Shown here: in pieces, positions 1 through 9,249 of the stretch
How positions within the stretch are numbered: position 1 is the stretch's first letter
Layout of the letters: each line of letters starts with the position of its first letter
NCBI GenBank assembly: GCA_942493095.1
Contig: OW818675.1
Location: 2,520,001-2,552,000, forward strand
DNA: 32,000 nucleotides
Direction of reading: 5' to 3'
Source: Candidatus Electronema halotolerans
GTDB taxonomy: Bacteria; Desulfobacterota; Desulfobulbia; Desulfobulbales; Desulfobulbaceae
Position numbers and translations under genes: made by a program
The notes under the pieces: generated by a model
What the model saw: only the letters and a program-made list of their open reading frames with translations
What the model was told of the DNA's origin: nothing
Databases searched by the model: none

Positions 1-791
1 GTGCGCTCCCGTTTGGTGACAAAGTCGGTGTAGGTGCTGCGCAGTTTTGCTCTGAGCCGCTCCTCATCTGTGCCGGTTGGACAGGGCGCGCTGGCCCGAT
101 AGTCCAAGCTGTCCTTGAGCATGGCCGTGATCAGGGCCGCGCTCTGGCGGCGGCGGTTCTCCCAGTCCTGGGCAAAGGCTTGGATGACCCGCTCTATCAG
201 CTCTTCCAAGTCCTGATCAATCGCCTTGAGGCTGTTGAGCAGGGCGATGCGCTGGCTGTAAGTGGCCTTGTTGGCGTTGAAGAGGCGGATTGAGTTGAAA
301 TGCTTGCGGAACTCGTTCTGCCAGTCAGCAAGGAAGCGGCTTTCCTCGTCCTTGCAGTTGATGATCGCCATGCGCGGCCTGCCAGTCAGGCGGAGGATTT
401 CCATCTCCGCCTTGTCCATGTTGCGGAGCGGACGTGAGCCATCGACAACAAAAATGATGCCCGCACCCGCAGCCAAGGGAGTCAGCAGGGCGCAGTCATC
501 GTGCAGGGCCGGGTCATTGCCGTGAATGCGGAGAAACTCAGTCAGCATCTGCTGATCATTGCCCTGCCAGGCCCGCATCCAGGCCAAGGTCTTGCGGGGA
601 TTCTGAAAACCGGGCGTGTCAATGAAGCGGATGACCTCGCGTCCGTCGATCAGCACTGGAAAGCGGCGGCATTCGGTGGTCTCGCCCGGCACCGGACTGA
701 TCCGCACCGAGTCATCCTCGCTCAGGGTGGAAACCACTGAGGACTTGCCCTCGTTCGGGTGGCCGACTATGGCGAATTCAGGAATCATCAT
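1..791 (-). CDS. GTPase with DUF3482-like organisation (3' end outside window)
   Basis: Reverse-strand translation begins MIPEFAIVGHPNEGKSSVVSTL (P-loop GHPNEGKS), followed by VRISPVPGETTECRRFP and FIDTPGF (G3-like); open to the window edge. Start ATG overlaps the upstream stop as ATGA. Confidence 0.85.
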   Translation of the reverse strand, partial: MMIPEFAIVGHPNEGKSSVVSTLSEDDSVRISPVPGETTECRRFPVLIDGREVIRFIDTPGFQNPRKTLAWMRAWQGNDQQMLTEFLRIHGNDPALHDDCALLTPLAAGAGIIFVVDGSRPLRNMDKAEMEILRLTGRPRMAIINCKDEESRFLADWQNEFRKHFNSIRLFNANKATYSQRIALLNSLKAIDQDLEELIERVIQAFAQDWENRRRQSAALITAMLKDSLDYRASAPCPTGTDEERLRAKLRSTYTDFVTKRER

Positions 792-2353
792 GACACCAGC
801 GGGATGACTTGCAGGGCCGGATCGCTGATTGTGGCGACTTTCTGCCGCCAGATGCGCAGATGCTCCGGTCGGGCCGGGGTGAGCATCGTCTCTGCTTCCG
901 GCTTGCCAAGCAGAGCAAGAATGATCAGCGGCTGCGGGCCGAGCGTCTGGCGAAGCAGTCCCAGCCAAGCGAGAAACTCCTGCACTGGCGGCTGCCATGC
1001 TTCTTGGAGGACCAGAACATCTGCGCTGTCCTCTGCCGCCATTGCTGCCTTGAGCGCAGCCAGTTCCTCTTCCTCGCTTTTGTCCAAGGTCCAGAACGGC
1101 AGAGTCCAGCCAAGCTGATGCCCTGTCCGGCGGCGGACCTGCGCGGCCAAGTGCTCCGGCGGGCAGTCGGCAAACAGCTCCTCTGGAATCAGCGCGGCCA
1201 GGGGCTGGGCAGACGTGCTGGCAACAGGTTCTGCCGCGCTCGGCAGCTCTGCCAGCGGAGCTGCTGCCGCTCTGCCCTCTTGGCCACGAGCAGCCGCCGT
1301 AATCAGCGGGGTGCGCATCCGCTGGATGATCTGGCGGAAGCAGCCCTGCTGCAAGTCCAGTCGAGCCAGCTCCTTGCGCTGACTGAAAAGACCGGCGGTC
1401 AGCAGAAGCAGCCGGGGCAGCAGGCCGTAGCAGAGCACGGACAGGCAGAGAAATGGCCACCATGAAACTAAATCGCGGTTGGCCAAGGAGTAGATGCCAT
1501 CCTTGAGAATCAGGCGCGAGCCTTGGATTTGTTCCAAGGACGGCACCCACGCATCCGAGAGCCAAGTCCACGGCAGGCTGATTGTTGTTGCCAAGGCGTG
1601 AACTGCCGCCGCATCAATCTGCAAGGTGCTCTGCCAGCCAAAGGCCAGATCAGAGCCGATCACCTTGAGCAGGGTGGCGGCCAGCACCCCGATATTGAAG
1701 CTGATGCCGAAGAGCTGGGCAAGGAGGAAGAACGGGCGGACAAAGAGCAGGCCGTGCCGCTGCCGCAGATGCTTGAGACTGCCTGCACGGGCGGCCCAGT
1801 GCAGGCGTGTTCCTGCGGACAGCCGTGAGCCTGCCCGCTGCCCGGCAGCCATGCACCGCTCTAACATATAGAAGAAAAGCCGCTCGCTTAGGCGGTAGAG
1901 GAACGAGGATTCAAGCATGCTGCGCCCGCGCTGTTTGCCGCAGAGAACTGAGACGGTCAGGAAAAAAATCAGGGCAAGCTGGAGGAGGACAAAGACGGCA
2001 AAATAGGCCGCCACATTGACCGGCTCTGCCCCGGAATAGGCAAGCAGGGAAAAGGCCAAGCCGCCGCCGCTGCTCAGTCCGGCCAGCATGATGGCCGCAG
2101 CAAAGAGAACGATCAGCTCCTGCCAGAGCGCGCCAGGCAAGGCCGCATCCTGTTCCGTCTGCCTGCGCCTGTTCAGCCAGCCGCGCAGCAGTCCCCCTGC
2201 CTTGTCCTCCTTGACCGCCGCTGGCAGCCCCAGCCAGATTTCGCGGTCGCGGGCCGCCAGTCGGTCAATGTCTTCCCCCTCATCACCAGCAAGGAAGAAT
2301 TCCAGATCAAGCAGCTCGGCTGTGCTCCATTGTTTTCCGGTCATTTTTTGCAT
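788..2353 (-). CDS. DUF2868-like multi-spanning membrane protein, partner of the downstream GTPase
   Basis: 521-aa ORF with several hydrophobic segments, WSTAELLDLEFFLAGDEGED start, immediately upstream of a DUF3482-type GTPase, the known neighbourhood of DUF2868 proteins. Confidence 0.75.
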   Translation of the reverse strand: MQKMTGKQWSTAELLDLEFFLAGDEGEDIDRLAARDREIWLGLPAAVKEDKAGGLLRGWLNRRRQTEQDAALPGALWQELIVLFAAAIMLAGLSSGGGLAFSLLAYSGAEPVNVAAYFAVFVLLQLALIFFLTVSVLCGKQRGRSMLESSFLYRLSERLFFYMLERCMAAGQRAGSRLSAGTRLHWAARAGSLKHLRQRHGLLFVRPFFLLAQLFGISFNIGVLAATLLKVIGSDLAFGWQSTLQIDAAAVHALATTISLPWTWLSDAWVPSLEQIQGSRLILKDGIYSLANRDLVSWWPFLCLSVLCYGLLPRLLLLTAGLFSQRKELARLDLQQGCFRQIIQRMRTPLITAAARGQEGRAAAAPLAELPSAAEPVASTSAQPLAALIPEELFADCPPEHLAAQVRRRTGHQLGWTLPFWTLDKSEEEELAALKAAMAAEDSADVLVLQEAWQPPVQEFLAWLGLLRQTLGPQPLIILALLGKPEAETMLTPARPEHLRIWRQKVATISDPALQVIPLVS

Positions 2354-2372
2354 GTTCGGAACTTGCCCGGCT

Positions 2373-3509
2373 TCAAGATGATGCCGCGCTGCGCAACCTG
2401 ATCAGGGCGATTTCGCTGCGCTGCCAGAGGCGCATTCGCGGCCCCCAGGTGCCGGTGCCCCGGCAGACTATCAGATTCATGCCGTCAACCACATACTGCC
2501 CGCTGACAAAAGGATAGGGGATGCGGGCCAAATAGGTGAAAGGCCATATCTGACCATTGTGAGTGTGGCCGGAGAGCATCAGACTGACTCCGCTGGCAGC
2601 AGCCTGCTCCACCTGCCAAGGCGTGTGGGAAAGAAGTATCGTTGCTGCTCCGGCAGGCCGGTCAGCAAGGGCGCGGCTAAGATATCCCTCTCCCTCTTCT
2701 GTCTCGCCTCGACGATGCGCCAAGGTCAGATCATCAATGCCTGCCAGCAGCAGGTGGTCAGCAAGCAATGTCCCTTGATTGCGCAGCAGCCGGATGCCTG
2801 CATCGGCAAGAATGGCGGCCCCGGCTTCCTGGCGGCCTGAACGCATGAGGTCATGATTGCCCCAGACCGCGAACACGCCAAGCGGGGCGGAGAGCTGCCG
2901 CAGCACAGGAACCAGCGCGGCAGGGTCAGGGGTCTTTTCAAAAATATCACCGACAAGGACGATGCAGTCTGGCTGCAAGGCCTGCACCTGCTGGACACGG
3001 GCCTTGAGCCAGTCCGCATTGATCAGCATTTCACCAAGATGCAGGTCGGAAATCATGGCGATTTTGATGCCGTCCAAGTCCGCAGGCAGCCTGTTGACAG
3101 TGACTTCATACTGCTCAACCACTGGCGGACGCAGTCCTTGGACATGCGCGGTCAGCACCAAAACTGCGCCGCAGGCCAGCGCGATGCTGCGCAGGCGGAA
3201 CACCAGCACTTGGGGCAGAAACAGGCCAAAGCCGCTGATCAGATCAACCGCAAGCAGGGCGGCGGCAAGCAGGAAAAGGCTGCCCATCCACTGCATTCCG
3301 GCAAACTCGAACAGCTCTGCCAGCAGCGTGCCCTCATGTCTGCGGAGCGTCCGGCCCAGCACAAAAATCAGCCAGAGCAGCAGGCCGCTGCCCAGCAGCA
3401 GCTTGCGGCCAAGGCCGCTGCGGCACCACGGCAATGGTGCAAGACGAGTAAAAACATAGACATGCAGGACCGTGATCACACTGGTCAGGATGATGCCGAA
3501 AAATGACAT
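2373..3509 (-). CDS. Membrane-anchored calcineurin-like metallophosphoesterase (YkuE/YaeI type)
   Basis: N-terminal TM segments, then KIAMISDLHLGEM, GDIFEKT, GNHDLM, LLSHTP, LMLSGHTHNGQ motifs. Confidence 0.9.
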   Translation of the reverse strand: MSFFGIILTSVITVLHVYVFTRLAPLPWCRSGLGRKLLLGSGLLLWLIFVLGRTLRRHEGTLLAELFEFAGMQWMGSLFLLAAALLAVDLISGFGLFLPQVLVFRLRSIALACGAVLVLTAHVQGLRPPVVEQYEVTVNRLPADLDGIKIAMISDLHLGEMLINADWLKARVQQVQALQPDCIVLVGDIFEKTPDPAALVPVLRQLSAPLGVFAVWGNHDLMRSGRQEAGAAILADAGIRLLRNQGTLLADHLLLAGIDDLTLAHRRGETEEGEGYLSRALADRPAGAATILLSHTPWQVEQAAASGVSLMLSGHTHNGQIWPFTYLARIPYPFVSGQYVVDGMNLIVCRGTGTWGPRMRLWQRSEIALIRLRSAASS

Positions 3510-3669
3510 GAAAGCCTCCTTTTTTTTGCTTTACCTCCTTTTTACGATATTTTCTCCTGAAAATCAGCCCCGAAAAAGCAGCGGACCGGATTGCCGCGCT
3601 CCAGCGCATCGTGTTGCCGCCAAAGCAATCAAATTTAACTGCCTGACATTTTTTGTTTTTTACAAGGGG

Positions 3670-3803
3670 TGCGGCCCGCAGGCTGCGGGCGCGGCCTTTG
3701 TTGAGTTGAGACTGGGACTAAAAATAGAGTATATTTTATTGTACCCGACTGCGCGGCCTTCGCCCGCAGTTCAGTCTCAGCACAACAAAAAAAGGAGGAA
3801 ATC
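3670..3803 (+). promoter_or_regulatory. Structured 5' leader upstream of the rhodanese gene (candidate cis-regulatory RNA)
   Basis: Hairpin GCCCGCA(3674-3680)/TGCGGGC(3684-3690); long stem 3697-3714 with 3772-3789 (16 Watson-Crick, 1 G.U, 1 mismatch); inner hairpin ACTGCG-C-GGC(CTTC)GCC-CGCAGT 3748-3770; alternative 9-bp pairing CTGCGGGCG(3683-3691)/CGCCCGCAG(3761-3769); AAGGAGG just after the stem. Confidence 0.5.
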
Positions 3804-4202
3804 ATGAAAAACGTTTTATTTGCCTTGGCCATCATCTTGGCCTGCGCCAGTGTTCTGCCAGCTGCGGCGGCCAATGTGCCGCTGATAAGCAAGGAGGAAG
3901 TCAGAGCCAATCTGGGGTCGCCCTCGCTGCTTATTTTAGATCTGCGCACCAGAAAGCAATGGGAGACCAGTCCATACAAGATACCGGGCGCGCACTGGAT
4001 GCCAAAGGACAAGGTCGATCTCTGGGCCAGGAATCTGCCTCTGAACAAAACAATTTTGCTCTATTGCGCCTGCGACGGCATGGGATCAAGCGGCGTGGTG
4101 GCGCAGGAGCTGCTGGCTAAAGGCTTCAGTCACACCTGTGTTCTTGACGGCGGCTGGCATGAATGGCAGGCCAGCGGCTATCCGCTTCAGGAACGCCGCT
4201 GA
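3804..4202 (+). CDS. Exported rhodanese-like domain protein
   Basis: Signal peptide MKNVLFALAIILACASVLPAAAA; LLILDLRTRKQWETSPYKIPGAHWMP and LLYCACDGMGSSGVVAQEL...GFSHTCVLDGGWHEWQASGYPL. Good SD AAGGAGG. Confidence 0.9.
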   Translation: MKNVLFALAIILACASVLPAAAANVPLISKEEVRANLGSPSLLILDLRTRKQWETSPYKIPGAHWMPKDKVDLWARNLPLNKTILLYCACDGMGSSGVVAQELLAKGFSHTCVLDGGWHEWQASGYPLQERR

Positions 4203-4221
4203 CCTGTTGCGCCTGCTTGCT

Positions 4222-5862
4222 TTATTGCAGCGGCACGGTCTGGTCATCAGCCAGACCGCTGCCTTCCTGCTGATCCGCTTCCCGAAAACAGACGCGCAGC
4301 GTGCTGCCGGAGGCGGCATCAAAACGGCTGTACGGCAGGCGGATGCGAATGCTGCTGTCAGCAAGCGAGACCGCTCCGTCTGCCAGCGGCTCCAAGGACT
4401 GCCTTTGCTGCGGCCTGATGGCATAAAGGCTGGCATACGCCTGTCCTGCTCCGTCAGGCGCGGCAAGCAGCAGATCAAGCTCCAGATCATAGCCTGTTCT
4501 GTCTGCGGCATCAGGCAGCGCAGCCCCGCTGGCCGGATTCATATCCGTGTCAAAGTAGAACGTGATCAGCGAGTCAAAATCTCCCCGGTTTTCCGCAGCA
4601 AAATAGTCAGCCAAGGGCTTGGCTAAGGTCACGGTCAGCTCCAGCTCATTCTCCTGCCCTTGGGCGGAAACTTCCCTGATGTCCAAAAGCGGATTGCGGG
4701 TGTCTCCGGCAGGGTCGCGCCAGATGATGAAGCCATCCACTGCGGGCAGCACCTGCACCTGCGGCGGCATGTCTGATTCTGGCGCAGGCGCTGCCGTTTC
4801 TGGAGGCGGCAGGGGAATATTCAGACCCCGTTGTTCCGCTGCTTGGCGAAGCTGCCGCAGGAATTCCTCCCGGATATGTTGCAATTCGCCTGGCATTTTT
4901 GGCCCAGCGGCCACAAACGCGCCGATCAATCCCAGCAGAGGCAGCATGATGCCGAACAGGGCCATTGGCATCCACAGGCAGCGGCAGGTGCTGTCAGGAT
5001 CAATCCGGCCTGCAGCCTGCTTGAGGTCGCGATATACCACAACGGCATAACAGATAAAAAATAACGAAATAAAAAAGGACAGAACCTGAATGACAATCTG
5101 CTGCCCCGGAAAAGGGACAAAGTGCGGCAGCAGGCCTAACGGCACGTTCAAAGCCATGACTGCCAGCCAAGCCAGCAGCATCTTGAAAAAGGTGTTCCAC
5201 CAGTGACCGCGCACGTACAGGCGGCTGGCCATGAGCGCGTCAAGGCCGGTGCGGTCCTCGTCAATCATGACGTAAAACCAGAAGAACATGGACAGCGACA
5301 GAATCAGGCCGGGCAGGAGAAAAAATATGCTGGCAGTCATCAAGATGCCGACATAGAGACTACTGATCCAAAGCATGGGGAGCAGATATTTCCAACCGGT
5401 GCAGAGAGCTTCAATGATGCCCTGATGCTCATCCACAGCAGCGGCCAAGGCGGCTGTATAGACCCAGCATACCAGCAGGAAGGCCGCCAGCAGCATCACT
5501 GCGCCTGCGCCGAGCAGCGGCAGGGCCAGCGGATGGGTCATCAGCTGCTGGGGATCAGCAATTATCTGCTGCACTTCATTTGTGAAGAACTGCTGCAGCT
5601 GCGGCCAGTTCAAACCCAAGCCGGAGTACGCGCCAAAGCCCAGTCCGGCCAGCACCAGACCTGTGAAAAGATAACCGAGCAGCATCACTCCGGTCAGATG
5701 CAGGATGCGCCGTTTATAGAGACTGAACGCATCAGCGAAAATTTGGCCGACAGAGCTGATCTCGCCTTTCTGCACTTCCGGTTTCGGCTTGGCCGGTCGT
5801 CGCTGCGGCGGAGTTCTCGGAGTCGGGACAGGCGGAACAGGTCGTCGTTTCATCGTAGCCAT
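4222..5862 (-). CDS. Membrane protein with several TM helices and a C-terminal soluble domain, function unknown
   Basis: ORF of the track extends to 5937; MATMKRRPVPPVPTP at 5862 is a more plausible start because it removes the overlap with the upstream gene. Multiple hydrophobic segments in the first half. Confidence 0.65.
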   Translation of the reverse strand: MATMKRRPVPPVPTPRTPPQRRPAKPKPEVQKGEISSVGQIFADAFSLYKRRILHLTGVMLLGYLFTGLVLAGLGFGAYSGLGLNWPQLQQFFTNEVQQIIADPQQLMTHPLALPLLGAGAVMLLAAFLLVCWVYTAALAAAVDEHQGIIEALCTGWKYLLPMLWISSLYVGILMTASIFFLLPGLILSLSMFFWFYVMIDEDRTGLDALMASRLYVRGHWWNTFFKMLLAWLAVMALNVPLGLLPHFVPFPGQQIVIQVLSFFISLFFICYAVVVYRDLKQAAGRIDPDSTCRCLWMPMALFGIMLPLLGLIGAFVAAGPKMPGELQHIREEFLRQLRQAAEQRGLNIPLPPPETAAPAPESDMPPQVQVLPAVDGFIIWRDPAGDTRNPLLDIREVSAQGQENELELTVTLAKPLADYFAAENRGDFDSLITFYFDTDMNPASGAALPDAADRTGYDLELDLLLAAPDGAGQAYASLYAIRPQQRQSLEPLADGAVSLADSSIRIRLPYSRFDAASGSTLRVCFREADQQEGSGLADDQTVPLQ

Positions 5863-5890
5863 AGCAGGAAATTCAGCCGGTTGAGATGCC

Positions 5891-6190
5891 TCAGATCCGC
5901 TCCAGCACCAGCAGGGAGCGGGCTTCGTGTTCGGCAATGCCGGTCAGCAGAAGTGTTTTGGCCCGGCTGCGCAGGCCGCTCCTGATGACAACAGCGGACT
6001 TGGGAAGATGGAGCAGTTGCGCAAGAAAAGCAATGACCGCCTTGTTGGCCTTGCCATCAACTGGCGGCGCGGCCAGCCGCAGCTTGAGCGCGTCGCCGTG
6101 CATTCCAGCCAGCTCGGTGCGGGCGGCACCGGGCTGAACATGGACGGAAAGCAGCAGGCCGCCGTCAGAGCGGGCTTGCAGGCAGGGCAT
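5891..6190 (-). CDS. DUF167 / YggU family protein
   Basis: GGLLLSVHVQPGAARTELAGMHGDALKLRLAAPPVDGKANKAVIAFLAQLLHLPKSAVVIRSGLRSRAKTLLLTG matches the family pattern. Confidence 0.93.
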   Translation of the reverse strand: MPCLQARSDGGLLLSVHVQPGAARTELAGMHGDALKLRLAAPPVDGKANKAVIAFLAQLLHLPKSAVVIRSGLRSRAKTLLLTGIAEHEARSLLVLERI

Positions 6191-6191
6191 T

Positions 6192-6488
6192 TCAGTGCAG
6201 ACTTTGGCCGATTTGATTCAAGGTTGGCACCAAAAAGCTCTGGAGAAAGACAATGGCCAGAATTAAAATCATGGGACTCAAATCCAGTCCGCCCATCGGC
6301 GGCAGGCGGCGGCGGATTCTGTCTAAAACCGGATCAGTCACCTGCGTGAGGAAGCGCACCACCGGGTTGTAGGGATCAGCATTGACCCACGAAATGACCG
6401 CCCTGGCAATCACAATCCAGATATAGGCATTAGATACGATATAGATGAGATTTGCAAGGGCGAGAATGAAATTTCCGAGCATGAACAT
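6192..6488 (-). CDS. YggT family integral membrane protein
   Basis: AYIWIVIARAVISWVNADPYNPVVRFLTQVTDPVLDRIRRRLPPMGGLDLSPMILILAIVFLQSFL; typical neighbour of yggU. Confidence 0.92.
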   Translation of the reverse strand: MFMLGNFILALANLIYIVSNAYIWIVIARAVISWVNADPYNPVVRFLTQVTDPVLDRIRRRLPPMGGLDLSPMILILAIVFLQSFLVPTLNQIGQSLH

Positions 6489-6553
6489 GGAGAGTGATTC
6501 CGGGTTGGTGCCGCGCTTATGCGCTGTTGTTTTGTCCTTGCCGTGGCGGCAGA

Positions 6554-7069
6554 TCAGCCCTGCCAGCCGTTCAGATGGACCCGTTCCGGCAGAAAGATGT
6601 CCTTGCGGGCAAGGATTTGAGCTGGCGGCCCCATTGGCACAAAGGCAAAGGGGATGACCTGTTCCGGCAAGGCGAACTCCGCCTGAAAAGCGGCAGCTCG
6701 CTCGGCATCAGGATGAATGCCGGTCCAGACCGCGCCCAGCCCTGCGCCATGCGCGGCCAAGAGCAGGTTCTGGGTTGCGGCGGAGCAGTCCTCCACCCAG
6801 AAGCCTTTGTATTTTTCCAGCCGCAGGTCGCCACAGATAAGAATACCAAGAGATGCCTGTTTTGTCATCTGGGCATGAGGATGAATTTGCGGAATGCGGT
6901 CCAGCAGGGCGCGGTCACGGAGCACCACGAACTGCCACGGCTGGGCATTGCCAGCGGACGGCGCGCACATGGCGGCGGAGAGTATTTTCCGCAGCACCTC
7001 CTCGCTGACCTCGCCGCCAGCAAATTGCCTGATGCTTCGCCGGGTGTGAATTGCTTCAAAGATGTCCAT
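6554..7069 (-). CDS. Nitroreductase family protein
   Basis: MDIFEAIHTRRSIRQFAGGEVSEEVLRKIL...APSAGNAQPWQFVVLRD...GLGAVWTGIHPD...FVPMGPP. Confidence 0.93.
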   Translation of the reverse strand: MDIFEAIHTRRSIRQFAGGEVSEEVLRKILSAAMCAPSAGNAQPWQFVVLRDRALLDRIPQIHPHAQMTKQASLGILICGDLRLEKYKGFWVEDCSAATQNLLLAAHGAGLGAVWTGIHPDAERAAAFQAEFALPEQVIPFAFVPMGPPAQILARKDIFLPERVHLNGWQG

Positions 7070-7135
7070 TTTTATCTCCTTTCTTAGTTAGCACTATCAG
7101 TTACGCCTGTCAATCTACAGTCCGCAGGTCGAGAA

Positions 7136-8056
7136 TCAGGCCGAATTGCTCAGGCCCAGCTCGCGGAGTATCTGCTCGTTCTCGGTCCAGTTCTTCCTGA
7201 CTTTGACAAAGAGCTGGAGCCGCACCGGGCAGCCGAGCAGCTTTTCAATCTCCTTGGTCGCGGCCTTGCGGATTTGGCCGAGCATGACTCCTTTTTTGCC
7301 GATGATGATGCCCTTCTGCGAGTCGCGCTCCACGAGGATGGAAGCATGGATGGTCACGACTCCGGTCTGCTCGTCTTCTTTGAAGGACTCAATCAGCACG
7401 GCAGTGGAATAGGGAATTTCCTGCCGGGTGCGGAGGAAAATTTTCTCCCGGATCAGTTCGGCGGCAATGAAGCGTTCGGTCGCATCTGTGGGAATATCCG
7501 GCGGATAATACTGCGGCCCTTCCGGCAGGCGGCTGACCAATTCCCGCAGCAGAACTTCCGCGCCGTCGCCTTTCAGGGCTGAGACCGGCACCACGGCGGC
7601 AAAGGGATGCAGGCTCTGGAACCAGTCAATCAGGGGCAGCAACTGGTCCCGGCTGATCAGGTCAATCTTATTCAGGGCCAGCACGACCGGGCAAGCAGCC
7701 TGCTCCAGCCAGCCGCAGTAGTCCTGCCGCCGCTTCTCGCGCTTCTGGGCTTCGTCAGTCGCATCGGCAATAAACAGGGCCACGTCCGCTTCCGCCAGAG
7801 CCTCCAAGGCAATCCGCACCATTTCCCGGTTGAGCAGTTCTCTGGGCTGATGCAGGCCGGGTGTGTCCAAGAGAATCATCTGATAATCCGGGCCAGTGAT
7901 GATGCCCTGAATCCGGTTGCGGGTGGTCTGCGGCAGGGGCGTGACAATGGCGATTTTCTGTTCAAGAAAGCGGTTGAGCAGGGTGGATTTGCCCGCATTG
8001 GGCGGGCCAATCACCGCTATCACGCCGGAGCGGTGCGCTGCTTGGCAGGTGTTCAT
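7136..8056 (-). CDS. era: GTPase Era
   Basis: GVIAVIGPPNAGKSTLLNRFLEQKIAIVTPLPQTTRNRI, LLDTPGL, NKID, and C-terminal KH-like GVMLGQIRKAATKEIEKLLGCPVRLQLFVKVRKNW. Confidence 0.97.
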   Translation of the reverse strand: MNTCQAAHRSGVIAVIGPPNAGKSTLLNRFLEQKIAIVTPLPQTTRNRIQGIITGPDYQMILLDTPGLHQPRELLNREMVRIALEALAEADVALFIADATDEAQKREKRRQDYCGWLEQAACPVVLALNKIDLISRDQLLPLIDWFQSLHPFAAVVPVSALKGDGAEVLLRELVSRLPEGPQYYPPDIPTDATERFIAAELIREKIFLRTRQEIPYSTAVLIESFKEDEQTGVVTIHASILVERDSQKGIIIGKKGVMLGQIRKAATKEIEKLLGCPVRLQLFVKVRKNWTENEQILRELGLSNSA

Positions 8057-9207
8057 CTGGCACCTGCTGTCAGGGCAAGAATCAGTTCGGTCAGTTTGGT
8101 CATATCAGTAAGGCTGACTTCTTCTGCGGTTGAATGGACATTGGTCATGCCAGTGGCGACAATCGCGGTGGCCAAGCCCTTGCTGTTGAAAATATTGGCA
8201 TCGCTGCCGCCGCCTGCGTCCTCGCAGCGCAGGTACATGCCGATGCTTTGGCCTGCGGCAAGGATGCGGCGGATGACCGCGTCGTCTATGCCCAATTTCA
8301 TGGCCGGGAAATCCAGTTCTGCCTGAAAATCCAAAGCTGGCCGCCCCTGCGCCTGTCCTGATGGATCAGACCAGTTGATGATCACCCTGCGGAAAGCCGC
8401 TTCCACTTCCTGCGTCAAACGGGCCAATTTTTCCGGGTCATGGCTGCGGATTTCCCCTTCAATCAGCACTTCTTCCGGGACGATATTGTTGGCGACACCG
8501 CCACGAATCAGGCCGAAATTGATCGTGGTTTCGTGGTCGATTCTGCCGCAGGGAGCGGCGGTCAAGGCTTGGGCCGCCAAGATGACCGCGTTGATGCCCA
8601 GTTCAGGATGCAGACCGGCATGAGCGGCTGCGCCCTTGACCGTGATGCGGAGGCGGTTGTAGGCAGGCGCGCTAACAATCACTCGGCCAAAACCGCTGGT
8701 GTCCAAGGCATAGCCCATTTTAGCTTCGACGCAGGCCGGGTCAAGGGCCTTGGCACCCAGCAGGCCGATTTCCTCGCAGGTCGTGAAAACAAATTCCAGC
8801 GGCGCATGAGGCAGCCGGTTTTCCTGCATCACCTGCCACGCCTCTATCAGGGCGGCAATGCCTGATTTGTCATCGCTGCCAAGAATGGTTTCTCCGCTGC
8901 TGGTGAAGTGATCGCCTTGCCAAAGCACCTTGATGCCGCGCCCCGGCTCCACTGTGTCCAAGTGGCAGGTGAAGAAAAGCGGCTCCAGCTCGCTGTCTCC
9001 GGCAAAACGGAAGATCAGGTTGCCGCAGTCTGCGCCAGTTTGCTCGGCGGAAGCATCTTCAAAGGGAGTAGCCGCTCCTGCATTGCAGAGCAGTTCCGTA
9101 ACCAGCGCAGCTATCCGCCCTTCCTCTTTGGAGGGGCTGTCTGTCTCGCAGAGCTGAATAAAGGTGCGGGCAAGACGTTCTTGGTTTATCAGGTTGTCGA
9201 AGTTCAT
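8053..9207 (-). CDS. M20-family peptidase (peptidase T-like)
   Basis: FFTCHLDTVEPG, ILGSDDKSGIAALIEA, FTTCEEIGLLGAKAL, AAAHAGLHPELGINA, CEDAGGGSDANIFN; stop/start overlap (ATGA) with era. Confidence 0.92.
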   Translation of the reverse strand: MNFDNLINQERLARTFIQLCETDSPSKEEGRIAALVTELLCNAGAATPFEDASAEQTGADCGNLIFRFAGDSELEPLFFTCHLDTVEPGRGIKVLWQGDHFTSSGETILGSDDKSGIAALIEAWQVMQENRLPHAPLEFVFTTCEEIGLLGAKALDPACVEAKMGYALDTSGFGRVIVSAPAYNRLRITVKGAAAHAGLHPELGINAVILAAQALTAAPCGRIDHETTINFGLIRGGVANNIVPEEVLIEGEIRSHDPEKLARLTQEVEAAFRRVIINWSDPSGQAQGRPALDFQAELDFPAMKLGIDDAVIRRILAAGQSIGMYLRCEDAGGGSDANIFNSKGLATAIVATGMTNVHSTAEEVSLTDMTKLTELILALTAGAR

Positions 9208-9249
9208 TTATATATCACTCAACATCTTGTCAGTTAATATCTTAAAAGA

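Noticed and set aside
2853-3506. 217-aa and 200-aa plus-strand ORFs opposite the metallophosphoesterase
   Set aside because: Shadow ORFs; the minus-strand protein contains all metallophosphoesterase motifs.
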